Source: Octopus vulgaris
Lineage: Eukaryota
Assembly (NCBI GenBank): GCA_951406725.2
Contig: OX597825.1
Coordinates: 38,192,001 to 38,256,000 of the forward strand
Reading direction: 5' to 3'
DNA length: 64,000 bases
This document shows, piece by piece, positions 42,201-55,589 of the stretch (position 1 is the first letter of the stretch; each line of letters opens with the position of its first letter). A program made the position numbers and the translations under genes. Under the pieces are notes generated by a model, which was given only the letters and a program-made list of their open reading frames with translations, ran no database searches and had not been told where the DNA came from.

Positions 42201-42409
42201 CAAAGAGTATGTAAGTAAATTCATAATACTGATAAAGACGAGCACAGATGATATCGATTCATATGATATCACTGATGAGTTTCATAATTTGTAGTCAAGA
42301 TTGATGGGCAAAATATTCATTTCGAACTTTGACTTAAAATATTCATTTATATAAATTATTGTAATACTCATGTGATAGCTGTTGGTATTTTTTAGAAATA
42401 ATTCAACGT

Positions 42410-42530
42410 CGGCAAAGTGGGAAATTAATTAGGGCATTGGACAAAATGCTTATCAGTATTACTTCCAGCTCATTACGTTCTAAGTCAAATCCTGTCGTGG
42501 TAGATGTTCCCTTTCCTTCCTTTGGTGTCA
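42410..42530 (+). mobile_element. Old diverged SINE family 2 fragment
   Basis: GGACAAAATGCTTATCAGTATT...ACGTTCTAAGTCAAATCC...TTTCCTTCCTTTGGTGTCAAT resembles the family 2 head and body. Confidence 0.5.
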
Positions 42531-43006
42531 ATGGGAGCGGCTATCTCTGGGGTTGCTGCTTTTTACCAAAGTTTGAAACCCCTAATTGCAACTAATTCAA
42601 TTGTATTGCCAGAAGGCGATATCAGAAATCTTTGGATAATAATTGTAGCATGTCTAGCGAAAGGATTACGGTTCGCTTGTTTATGTTTATATATCTCACA
42701 CTACACATGTGTGCACATTCTACTAAATTACCAGCCTCGACAAATCAAGGTGTTTTTAATGAGATAAGGCACAGGTGAAACTTTACACTGGGTTGAAAAT
42801 CTTTCATATTCGAATGAATATAATTAATAAATAAATCTGATCGTGAATTGTCAATTAATTTAGTTAACTTCATTTAGGAATGCTAATATGAGTATATATT
42901 ATATAAAGTGCTTTTCTGTTTTCCTGGGCCGAAACACACAAATACACACACAGACACACAGACACACAGACACACACACGCATACACACACATATATGCA
43001 TGTATG

Positions 43007-43057
<51 letters not shown>

Positions 43058-43058
43058 G

Positions 43059-43138
<80 letters not shown>

Positions 43139-46100
43139 CGTGTGAGTGTGCTTGTGTTAATGGCAATAGTATCTGCGCAGCGTTTCAACTGAAAGCAACT
43201 CCAAGCTAGAAATCTGAATACCAAACACACCATTAAAAACTGCATTTCAACACACACAGTATGACTATGAATTGGCATAAGTCTCAATCACGTGAGTATG
43301 ATTTGGTTCTGTAAAGTAAATACAAAGAATAAATTAATTTCGCAAATATTATTTGTCAATAATTGAACTTTATTTCTCGCTTAGAAATTGCTCTGAGCGA
43401 AAGTGCTGAGAAAATAATAGTAAAAAGAAGACGGAGGAAATTAAATGTAAAAATGGAAGACAAGAAAATAAAACAAAGTCAGTTTATTTATTTGTATGTG
43501 ACAAACATTGTTGTTTATATCCCTATAGTTGGTTCAACGAGAGATTTATTAAATAAGCACATGTAAAAATACATGTTATTCACTAATGTAAAGCAAAATA
43601 AAATATAATTGAAAGAAAAAAATAATATGAATAACATCAATACATTTCTATTTAAGGCAAACGCTTTCTTCGATTAGTTTTGAATTTCATTAAAAGATGA
43701 AAAAAACTTTTAAGAGTACAGCTTGTGTATAAAATAATGTGGATATAGTGATTGGATCTCTTATTAAGTGAGTGCCCAACAACTTACTGGGCAAAATGTT
43801 GAGAAAGTGTTTTAATGAGGATATATTATATTCACACACATAAATACACATACACACAAACACACACATATGTAGACAAATACTCATGCATAGACACATA
43901 CATGTATATCGAATCGATATAAATCCAGTGATAAGAAACTTTCAAGAGATGAACTGTATGATGTCTTCGATGGAGAAACCCCTCTCATGCAAGTTTTTGG
44001 ACCCTTGACCTCTTACACCCAAAAGTGTCCGGGTGTTCTGCTGACATTTTGAGCCAGTTGGATATGGCTGACTTCTGTATTGACACTGCTTAGAGATTTC
44101 ATCGAGTTGGAACACCTCTGCATTGACTCAACTTTTAACCTTGCACTTAAATAAGAAATAAAATCGGTTCTCATATAAAAAAACTTCGATATTTACTTTT
44201 CTTATATATATATTCTCTAGATCTTTGTTTTTTAAACTTCATGAATCTCATAAAACCATCTACATTAAGAATTATATAAATTTGAGTAATTATGAAATAC
44301 TTATTCAAAATGGTTTTTCAGAAAACTATACTTGATTGCTTATATGATTGGTTCCAAATCCTGTGAATATAAATTGTAATAACTAAACTGCTGTGTGCAG
44401 CTTTATGACTTAAGTTATGTGTATACTAAAATATTATTCAAACATGTGAGGCAAATAGATACATGCAGTGACTGTACATCATTATTCTTCTAGTATTAAA
44501 TGTCACATAGTAAAATTTCCCCATCGTGAAAATATAAAGCCCGTTCTTGTAATTAAATGTAACAAGTTGGGTTGTTTGGATACATTGGAACATACTTAGT
44601 CTAAATGATCGAGAAAACGTTGCTCTTATTGAGATATTTCTACATAACGTGTCGCCCTTGGATGCATTTATTAGAAGTAATTTTATTGCAAAAATTCATC
44701 TATTTGGCCGTAAATAGGTACCATACAGTGTAGAGGGTTGGAACATGAGATAATTTAGGCCTTTGTTATTTTAGTCACTTAAACTCCACAGCAACTGCGA
44801 TATGCACCGCTCTTCAGGTTCGAGACAGACTTCCATTTTGGCGGACTTCACATCGTATAGAGATAAGGTTTAGCACCTGAAATCGGAATGGTAATTCAAC
44901 AAAGGCCTAATAAGCAGGTAAACGTTTTAAAATCTAACCAGAATTTATCGATACATGAAAAAAAAAAAAGAAAAAGAAATACCCTCTGTTATTGATATCA
45001 TAAATATGGCATAACAATATAGATAGATCTCCTATTGTAACAGAGGGCGAAACAGATTCTGAGATCAAATTTTTCAGGAGTAGCTAGGCTGTAGTTAGAA
45101 CAGAGACGTTTAATTGAAGCCACAGATCTGAGCAATATGCCTACATCAGTAAGATCGCCACCAAAGGTACCCAACTATCAAATAATGGTGTTAGGCCAAT
45201 GAATGCATTTAGTATATCACACGGGATCTCAGATTCACAAGTATAGCCAAACAAATAGCGCAAGATGTCTCGTCCAACACCTTAATGCTTAGGAATAGTA
45301 TTTCATTTTGTGCGCCGTAATAAGATGACGGAGGAGTTAACACGAGAGTCGAACGCGAACAAGAACGTCACGGTATTCTGTGTCGTGATCTGAGAATACA
45401 GGCATGTCTAATTGTCAGTTATAACAGTCAACTTAAAAACAGCGTGTGTTTTTACTTAAGAATTAACAGATATTTCTAAGACCGATAAGTGGTTTATGTA
45501 CAAGGCCCCGGTAGTGGAAGTCCAGTAAACATTTTTAGTAATTCTAGCTCTGTATGGCAAGTACTCTTAACTGAAATCACAAGAGTATTTTCTTTGATTT
45601 TTATCAGACGGAGATCAATGAAAGAGGAAACAGTTATAAATATTACTATGTATGTTTTGCCAACTAAATGGTATTAACATTAATTATAGCTTCGCTTCTC
45701 TCACTATGACTAATACAGCAAAGTAATTAAGTTATAAAGCATGGAATAGTCTCCCATAAATCTTTGGAATTATAGTTAATATTAGTTTTTTGTAAGTTCG
45801 TAGTGTCGAAAATCATGTTTGATATTAATGTCCTTCTAACTGTTAACAGCAGATATCTTGGTGGTTAAGGTTATTAGTTGTTCATTATAAACTGTAACTT
45901 CAATAATCAAAGACTCTACAGCACATAATGTTAAGTCGTAAGTCACATTAAAGCTGCACTTTTATGCCATAATGTACATTAGGTATTGTTAACATTGATG
46001 GAATTCAATGAAAAATTACTGGAAATGTAGCTCAGACCAGGTATTTGGCCTTTTCCATACGTTCTTTACAAGTTCAACGTAACTCAAATCAATTGACTGT

Positions 46101-49100
46101 CATTCACAATGATATTTTTTTCATTGAATTGTTGAAAGAATCCTCTCTTTTCACCAATAAAATGAATGTAATTCCGTTTTACATATGCTGAATTTTAACT
46201 CCCTGGAATGAAAATGACTGAAAAAAATTCTGTTCAATATTCCACTGAATACTTCCAATATATTTTATTTCGCAATAAAGAAACAATATACTTACATATA
46301 TCACTATCTATACTTCTTTAACTTTTCAATCTGTACACACTCTCATATACATACAGACAAACACACACAGACACACACATTCATACACACACATATACAT
46401 GGACACATATATAAATACATACGTATATGCATACAAACATGTGTGTGTGCGAATGTTAGTATGCATTAACTAAAGGAAAAAAACAGAAATATTAATTTTA
46501 TCGAGAGAGAATATTCTTCGGTTGAAACATGAAAACCTATAAAAAATATAATTACAAAAATGCATTAAAGATATCGCTCTAAATGTGTAAGAAGAAGCGG
46601 TGCATAGCCGTTGAAACTTGCTATATATATTTTTTAAGCAGTAATTTTAAAAGTGAAATAAACGATGTGAGAGATTATAACAATGAAAATGTGATATATA
46701 AATATAGAATTTAAAAAAAAATATTCTCTCCAGTAAAGTTGACCTCAATAAAATTTATCGATTCCTTATTAGTACGTAGAAAGCGAATTTTCCTTTTGGG
46801 TGTGTATAATTGATTCGAACTACCTCACTATGGCCTTCTTGAATATAATGTAGAAAGAACACAATGTTTTCTTTTGTGCATTTGAAGACTTATTCATTTT
46901 AAGGCTGACAGTTATTCCATACAATATAAAATGCCTTAAATCTACAGGGAAGTAGAAGGAATTTGTTTGACATTTATGCACATAACTAAGGCAAGGTCAG
47001 TGCAATTGAAATGCGCCTGTCTACTGAAATGATGGAAACAGAATGTGATGTGTGAGGCCATATATATATATATATATATATATAGTATCACTAGACTTTA
47101 CATTAATATATTTTATTTTCAAGACACAATATGAAGTTTCCTGATCTTTTCTCCTGATGCATCATATGAAATTTTCTTGTGATTTTGGTGAACAAGTCGA
47201 ACAAGAACAAACGTTTACTGCTTGTTGTGTGGACTGAATGTTTGTTTCAATAATAATCAGGGATTTTTCCAAATCCATGATACGGAGACATTGAAATACT
47301 TGTATTATATAGGTATATGTATTTGCGATTTCCAGAAGAAAAAACACTTCACGTCTTTGAAAGTTGAAATTAATATGTTGTTTTAGTACACCTAGCATGT
47401 TGCCACTCTGAGAAATGTAAATAAAGTATTTAGAATTGTGTATTAATGTCGTAGACAGAAAAATATGGACTTTCAACCACTTTATACTAAGCCATTATGC
47501 TTATGAAAGACAACCCTGCCCATGCTCAAATTATTAGCTTATTAACTATTTAAAGAGCATATAAAAGTGCATTAATCTGAACCGGTTGCTTGAATCGGAC
47601 TCACTGACAATAATTTACGCGAATTTGTGTTCGTAGAAAAGCAATTGCAAAAATAGTATTCATATTTAAACGTTTCGCTCTTAAAGCTATACAATACTTA
47701 GTTTCATCCTATTTTGTGTTTTATTCATATGTTGATGATCAGAAGATCATCGGATCAACCGGATTTCGTGCTAGTCTTATCAGCAGGCCATCAGAGAGAG
47801 GATATATGTCTCTGTTCCCGGAAAGATTATTAGCATAATCATAGATAAAACATGCAATTTTAGCTGGATTGTGCGTGAACAAAATGTTTGCAGCGCAGGA
47901 TTTTCTCATAAAACACAGGTAAGATCAGAATGTTGTTTAATCACTTAAGACTTTATTCACTTGATCTCATGAAGAAAATAGCAGATCTTTATAGTGTAGG
48001 AAAATGAAAACCTAAATCTGGTAAGTCTAATAAGCATAAAAACACAATTAATTGTTAGCTAAAACACTTGAGTGTTTTAGTATCATGTAAAATACAGTAA
48101 AATTTTAAAAATATAAGCCTATTATCGTCATAATGATCTCAAAAGAATAACGAATTACACAACTCTTTCATTTTTCGCGGTGGTTAGGAAAAAATGGTTC
48201 ATTCTGACTAGATTCTAATATTCTCAAATTGCAAAAAATATGCACACACACACACACACACAAAACAAAAATATATATAACTTATCCTTTTATGGAATAT
48301 ACAAACTACGACATATCTGAACTTTTCAATCTGATAAAAATTTATAACATTTAAAAATGTGTAAACTTGCAAAATACCTTCTTCCTCAAGTGTATCGAAC
48401 TCAAACAATGCGATCAAAATGAGGTTCAATTATGTATTGTTTGAATTAGTCAATTGTTTTTGTGTGTGTGTTTTACGCAAGGAAAAATTGTATAAAATGT
48501 TAAAATTACGTAATAAATGTGAATCATTTTGTATTAAATTTTATGCATGTATTGATAAACTTGAACAACACAAAGGCAACTCTATTAAAAAATACTTGAC
48601 GCGTTAAAGAAAATCCGATTTGGAATTAGCGTGCAAAACGAATCAAAAATCAAGAGGTTACTTTCATCTCCAAACGAATATAAAGATTATTTTGCTGATT
48701 AACATTATGCAAATGGTCTGAGGAGCGTGTATGTGATCGCTTAAACCTGTGACAAATTTGAATCAAATCTCTCTCACAACCCACGCTATTGTCTTATTAA
48801 ATATTAGGTTGGGAAATGCTGTTCGGGAATCACTGCACATTAGTAAGACGACGGTGTTGGAATGTAAATCTCTCGAATACTTGCGATCGTAGTTTTCGCA
48901 ATCAAATTTGACGTGGGGGCTATACAGGCAAAACAAGAAAGGGAAGTACTTAATTTTAATGAATAACGTTGACACTCAGGATTCTACTGTGTCTTTGAAA
49001 TTTAGAAATGAAATATCACCGGCTGAGGTCGATACTGGAAAGTAGATTCCCGTTCAACGAAGTTCCGTGTTACTCCCTATCCAATTTATATTTACAGGTA

Positions 49101-49257
49101 AAAGAATGCTGTCGACAACATTGTAATACTATTTTTCTGGCATTTATTACAAAGCGTGTATAAAGAATGATAAATTCAAATCATAAGACAATTATCCAAT
49201 TGATAATTCTCTTTGATCAACTCATACTTGAACCTAAACCAGCTTTCTAACAAAATA

Positions 49258-49290
49258 ACGATGATGATGATAATAACAATAATAATAATG

Positions 49291-49355
<65 letters not shown>
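49258..49355. repeat. (AAT)n microsatellite
   Basis: Direct reading. Confidence 0.95.
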
Positions 49356-49357
<2 letters not shown>

Positions 49358-49528
49358 ATAAAAAATACGTATCACTCATATTTTAAATAGTATGAGTAAT
49401 CCAATTAATACAGCGAATATATAGTTAGTGGTTATTCTTGTTAATCCTTTTCTTGAGGTCTTTTTTTAATATTTTTTTGGCATGCAGCTCTGATTTTCAA
49501 CTGGAACGAAGGCAATATATTCCAGCCC

Positions 49529-50112
49529 TTAGCACGCCGGGCGAAATGCCTGGCGGTATTACGTCTGTCTTTATGTTCTGTGTTCAAATTCCGCCGAGGT
49601 CGACTTTGCCTTTCATCTTTCGGGGTCGATAGATTAAGTACCAGTTGCGCACTGGTATCGATCTAATCGGCTGACCCACTCACCAAAAATTTCGGGCCTT
49701 GTGCCTAGAGTAGAAAATAATATATTCCATCTGTTTAGCACGCCGAGCGAAATACCTAGCAGTATTTCGTCTGTCTCTATGTTCTGAGCTCAAATTCCGC
49801 CGAGGTCGTCTTTGCCATTCATCATTTCGGAGTCGATAAATTAAGTACAAGTAAGGCACTGGGGTCGATATAATCGACTTACTCCGTCTGTCTGTCCTTG
49901 TTTGTCTCCACTGTGTTTAGCCCCTTGTGGGTAGTAAAGAACTAGGTATTTCGACTGTCTTTATGTTCTGAGTTCAAATTCCGCCGCGATCGACTTAGCT
50001 TGTCATCCTTTCGGGGTCGATTAAACAATTACCAGTTACGTATTAGGTCAATGTAATCGACCTAATCCCTTTGGCTGCCCTCTATGTTTAGCCCATTCTG
50101 GGCAATAAAAAA
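49529..50112 (+). mobile_element. SINE family 2, three tandem body units
   Basis: Units at ~49529-49722, ~49735-49942, ~49945-50112, each with GTTCAAATTCCGCCG.GGTCGAC...TCATC.TTCGGGGTCGAT. Confidence 0.87.
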
Positions 50113-52117
50113 TCAATATATTTCAGCCGTGGCTTGAACGAAGTAAAAGCGTGTAATGGTATCTTCCAGATTATGCCTTTCATTTCGAAATACAAATATG
50201 TGTTTTGTATGAGATACAGCTAATTATTTTTCCGCAGGTCAGTCATACAGAATCGAACGTATTCACTGATTTGTAATTAGGATTGTTGTTATTATTATTA
50301 GGATTTAGCACATAGCCACACCTATGATCATAAGCGTTACATCACTGCATACGGTTTCATTGTAAGGTATTATTTCTTTATTTAAGATGGTGATATGCAA
50401 TTTGTAGGACACACAATTGTCAATTCTGCCATCTTGAATGACTACAGGCTCAAATTCACTCAGCGTTTTACATAGTAGTGAGAGGATTTATTCAGTTATA
50501 AGCTGAAAAACTGTTGAATTGCCTATACCTAATTATGTAGAAATATCTCACGAAATAAAATGTGAAGTGATTGCTGACGGCTATAATCTCTGGATAGTTA
50601 TTGGGTTGATGCTAAACATCCAAATTCTATACAAAACTAATTTACACATTAAACTACTGAGTTAAACAGCTTCATATACTTAAAATGTCTGTATATAGGT
50701 TTCTACAAGTAATTTGTATAAGATATAAGGGAAATAACATATCAAGGTACTTCTCGAAGATGTCAATACAGAGTGTTGACTAACAATCATATTATTATCT
50801 GCGACATTGTGCTCCAGTCTGCATATTGTAAAGTTTCAACTTAAAAACGAATTAATACTGCGTATATTGCGTAATCCACTCGACGACAAATAATCTGGAA
50901 CTTGAAACATCTTTATTTTGCGATTAAGATTTAATAGTTTATGTTCATTCCAGCAAAATTATTTTGACGCTCGTAACTTTCTCAAATATAATAGTGAATT
51001 CATATAATGTGAAATACCTAACAATCCAGATTTCAGAGAGTTTTACTCGATATTATCCTGTGTCCTATATTCAATTTCAGCTGAGTTGCAGACGAGGAAA
51101 TCTCCCAAAAAGTTTGAGACCTTCGCCCAATTTCAAATAATTTTGTTAGTCTTACTTCAGTCAAATTTCTAATTTCCTTTATCAACACACCGCCGCTCAC
51201 CGCACTGAGATTACGAACATGTTTCTAATATTGAAAGCGGGTATTTTTCTATGGTTTAAACAAGAGTTTTTGCGTTAGAAAGTAGATTGTCATAGTTAGG
51301 TTGATATACTTGGAACTAATTATCAATATCATAAGCTTTTAAACATTGATTAGTATAAATTAAATTTGTCAGCACTTTTTTAAAAATGTTAACTTTAACA
51401 GTAAACATTTGCCTCTGTTCATTTCAGGTATCACACATATTGAAACATCATGAGTATAAGACAAATTACAGCTTTATAGAGTTGCAATATAAGTATTAAA
51501 GATGATCGAAAAATAATGAAATAACGGATTATATAGATACACATCAGTATTTCATGAGTATGATTTACATAAGCATTGGGTAGACAAACGTACTTTTCAT
51601 TCAATATTTGCAAAATTCACTCATATGGAAGTGATAGTAATTCGTTATGATGCATGTTGGGTAATATAAGGAAATATTCATTTATCAAAATTTGGTCAAA
51701 TATCAGATGTGTTGTAGTGATTTAAAGAAGTATTTTGAGATCATAATGATTAAATCAAGAAATTATGTGGCACGTGTATTGACTGCTGAGTATACTTAAA
51801 TACTAATATCCTTTATGCCCCTGCTATACTTACACTGTATACAGTCTAAATCATCCATATGTACTTACTTGCACACACACACACACACACACACGCGCGC
51901 ACACACATATATAAAGATGTATTTATGCATAAACACACACACGCATACACACACATAAATTTATATATATGTATATATATGTGTGTGTATATATATAAGT
52001 GTGTCTGAGTATAAACACTACAGGAAAATAAAATTTCAAAGTTAGCAATGCAGAAGGGTTTATAAAAGCCATTATATTTCGGCCCATACTCAGAAGGATT
52101 TGTCCAAGAAATATCTA

Positions 52118-52921
52118 TGAGATCGTCCGGAAAGTTTTGAGCGTTTTCAAGCTAAATCTTTGAAAACATTTTTATAAATTGGCATTGCTTGTAGTGATAC
52201 TGCATCTCTTCTTTGTTCATGAATAAAAATAGATTTATCTTTCATTCCGGTTACCCTTTATTGACATTTGAAATAGATAACTAAAATTTCATATTCGCGT
52301 CGTAAAATTTTTCATTTTCAAGAAAGGAGAAAATGCTGCAAAGACTTGCAAAAAACATTTGTAAAGTTTATGGTGATGTTGCTTCCGGTGAATCAAATGT
52401 TCGAAGATGGCTCGCAATATTTTCAGCTGGAGATTTTAGCTTGAATGATGACAGTTGAAGTGGAAGTCCTTCAAATCTCGATGAAAATATTTTGAAGGCA
52501 AAAATCGAAGAAAGTTAAAATATCCCGACTAGAGAACTTGCAGAGGTGTTGGAAATTTCTAAAAGTACGGCTCATAAAAACCTAGTGAAGCTAAATTGTT
52601 TGGATGGGTATTCTGTTTGTGATATGCTTTTGAAACATAATTACAGCATGCCTTTTTTTGAAACAACTGGAGATGAAAAATGGATTGTGTATGAAAACGT
52701 AGTTCGAAAAAGATACCGGAATTTGCGTAAGGATCTCCAAAACAGCAACCAAACACGAATATCTCGGCCAACAAAGCTATGCTTTGTGCTTTGTGGGATC
52801 ATAAAGCATTATTTATTATGAGCTTCTCCCACAAAACCACACCATTAATTTTGATGTGTCAATTATTTATATCCATTTTTGCATATAAAAAAAAACGCTT
52901 AGAACATTCCGGACAATCTAA
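52118..52921 (+). mobile_element. Internally deleted mariner DNA transposon with both TIRs
   Basis: TIRs TGAGATCGTCCGGAAAGTTTTGAGCGTTTT / AAAACGCTTAGAACATTCCGGACAATCTAA; TA at the left end; decayed HTH FKKGENAAKT...VYGD...VRRWL.IFSAGDFSLNDD.*SG.P and catalytic TGDEKWIVYEN. Confidence 0.88.
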
Positions 52922-53921
52922 GAGTTGCGTAGATTTCGTTATTTCTTTTTAAACTGCCCGGCGTTTGCGTTAGCAGTAGCAACATACGCAACTCCCCAAC
53001 TGTAGGTCGTTGTAACTTATTGGCAGGTGAAAGCAGATGATGTTCGTAGTGAACGTTATGATGTGAGTCGTAGTTACCGTGCAAGTCTTTACATCGTATT
53101 TCCAGATATTGCTGGGAGACTTTCTCCTACATATATTGAAAACTATCAAGCAGTGTAAGTGCACTCTGAATTCATGCAAGTTATGTCTTTTGAAGAAATT
53201 ATGTTATTCCGATTAAATATCAGTTTCTCTTCTTTGAACATCTTTCTTGGTCCACCAGCGTAGTGAATCAAGAAAATTTCGTGGCGTCGAAAGATATTCA
53301 TCTTCAAAGTGCATTCGATGCCGCTGTTGGAATTGAGGTTATATATATACCACATACCTATATAAATACATACATTTATATACACATATTTGTATATATA
53401 TATGTATATTTGCATATATACGTACGAAAATATACATACGTGCGTGTGTATATACGAGTATTTAAACACATGCATACATAATATATACGCACACATACAC
53501 GCATACAAAAACTCAAACATATGGGTAAGTCGACAGACAGATGCAAGGGTACATACGCAGTTCCATACATACATGCATACATACATATGCAAAGACAGGA
53601 ATAAATGTGATATTGAAAGGTAATCATGAAGAAATACCTCCGTAAAAAATAAAACAAGATACATGTTTTACGTTAAGGCATCACAAGATCAGATATGTAT
53701 TAAAAGGGTGACGTTGATTCCAACATTTTCATAGTAAGTATTTAGAGATATATAAATACAGGTATATGAGAGAGTTATTCTCAATTATAACAAAAACATA
53801 CTCCATATTTTCTCTGCTAAGATATGTATGACATACTAAGTGAATATGCAGCACGATTTCATTTGCAATAAGATTTTGCTTTAACATTACTTTGCGTATA
53901 TGTATATATATGTGTGTGATA

Positions 53922-54140
53922 TATAGTTAATACAAAAAAAAAAACACAAAGAGAAAACACAACAACGCGAGGACGTAGAACAAGTATAGTGTTATTGGAC
54001 GCTCAGGAAAGGAAAGAAAGAAGAAAGAGGATTTAACGTTTCGAGCGGAGCTCCTCGTCAGAAACATAGGAAAAGGAAAAATCAAAGGAGGGAAACACGG
54101 AGGAAAAAATATCGCCAACGATACACACGCGGTCACATTA
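53922..54140 (-). mobile_element. Short hammerhead-bearing PLE-derived element, family B
   Basis: Homologous to 38170-38350; ends ATTAACTATAT in TA-rich repeat. Confidence 0.75.
54031..54065 (-). ncRNA. Minimal type I hammerhead, family B (intact core)
   Basis: Minus strand GUUU-CUGACGA-G-GAGC-UCC-GCUC-GAAA-C-GUU-AAAU. Confidence 0.82.
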
Positions 54141-54211
54141 GGAGGAATATGAAAATCTAAAAGGGGCAAAAATACTGGAGATTCAGTATACACCATGAGG
54201 CAAAATTATGA

Positions 54212-54426
54212 GTTGAAAATACGTTGAAAACATATGTAAAAAGTGGAAGAGAAATGCCTTCGTTTCACATAGTTTAATATCTTTTTATAAAGAAATTGTT
54301 TTTATATATATACGTATATTAAGCTAATGTAAATAGCGAAAACCGGTTGTATATCGTGCATAAAAGATATTAAACTATGTGAAACGAAAACATTTCTCTT
54401 CCACTTTTATGTTTTCCACATATTTT

Positions 54427-54430
<4 letters not shown>
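54212..54430. repeat. ~75 bp imperfect inverted repeat (54212-54288 / 54360-54430)
   Basis: AAAAGTGGAAGAGAAATGCCTTCGTTTCACATAGTTTAATATCTTTT versus AAAAGATATTAAACTATGTGAAACGAAAACATTTCTCTTCCACTTTT. Confidence 0.85.
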
Positions 54431-54494
<64 letters not shown>

Positions 54495-54564
54495 TATGTA
54501 TATATATGTATATATAGACATACATAGATACATGCATGCATATATACATATATATACATACATA

Positions 54565-54602
<38 letters not shown>

Positions 54603-54646
54603 CACACACCCACACATATATATATATATATTTATATATATATGTA

Positions 54647-54687
<41 letters not shown>

Positions 54688-55232
54688 CTGTTAGCAGTAA
54701 CGTTCCTTGTTTTTAGTCCCATAACCCTTGAATTCTACCGTTCTACTATTTTACTATCATCGGTGAATAAATTTACACAAATTTATATACAACAAATATA
54801 AACCAAAATTAAAACCAAGATTGGTTCTAAAACTAGCCCCGTGGGTACAATCATTTTCTCTTGATTTGCATTAAACACACTGCTCATTCTCATTTGTACT
54901 AAATACACTGAACTCTCCACACACAACCAGATATAGCCACGTATTTTCGAATATATCGACACATACATTTCAACGATGTATTCACGAATATACATCAAAT
55001 AACTGACATACATGTCAACATACGTAGCGCACCGACTGACTCAATGCCAACAGGTCAGGGGTCATTTCAACGACCCGTTAGCCAGCAACAAACAACACCC
55101 TCATTGATGTCGCTCTCTGACCTAATTCCACCCAACAATTCCGTGGCAAGCCAGCACTCACCATCGCAACTACAACTGCTACTACTGCTACTACACTGGA
55201 AGCATCTTGTTTGGAATCACTATCTGACCTGA

Positions 55233-55589
55233 TTCCACCAGCCCAACTGTTGCAAGTCAAGCTCCACTGCTGCTACAGTAAAACAACAACAACAACAGTC
55301 TGCTACTGCTACTACAATACGACCACTGACCAATGAGCCTGCCACTGTAAAAAAAACTGTACTATCCCTACATCAAAAACCCTGTCGTTTCTATTCTCAA
55401 GGTAATTGTAGATTTGGCCCCAGCGGCACCAACAAGAAGGGACGCTGTGCTTTTTTCCATCCTACCTTATGCCGTAGACTTGTTAAGGGCACCTGTCCAT
55501 ATGGTATAACTGGAAAAAACTGCCCTCACCTCCACCTCAAATACTCTCCTAAATGTCGAATCCATGGTCCTGATCTTAAATATGATTAA
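55233..55589 (+). pseudogene. Tandem CCCH zinc-finger coding fragment (probably decayed LINE ORF1)
   Basis: Stop-free frame without ATG: ...KPCRFYSQGNCRFGPSGTNKKGRCAFFHPTLCRRLVKGTCPYGITGKNCPHLH... (C-x7-C-x12-C-x3-H, C-x7-C-x8-C-x3-H), preceded by T/A/Q-rich low-complexity sequence. Confidence 0.7.

Noticed and set aside
42004-42294. ORF with NSDDDPPVV resembling the cadherin DxNDNxPxF motif
   Set aside because: No other cadherin motifs (LDRE, AxDxG); a single weak match
43920-45420. Moderately GC-rich patches suggesting decayed retroelement coding sequence
   Set aside because: No recognisable motif in any frame read; cannot be assigned
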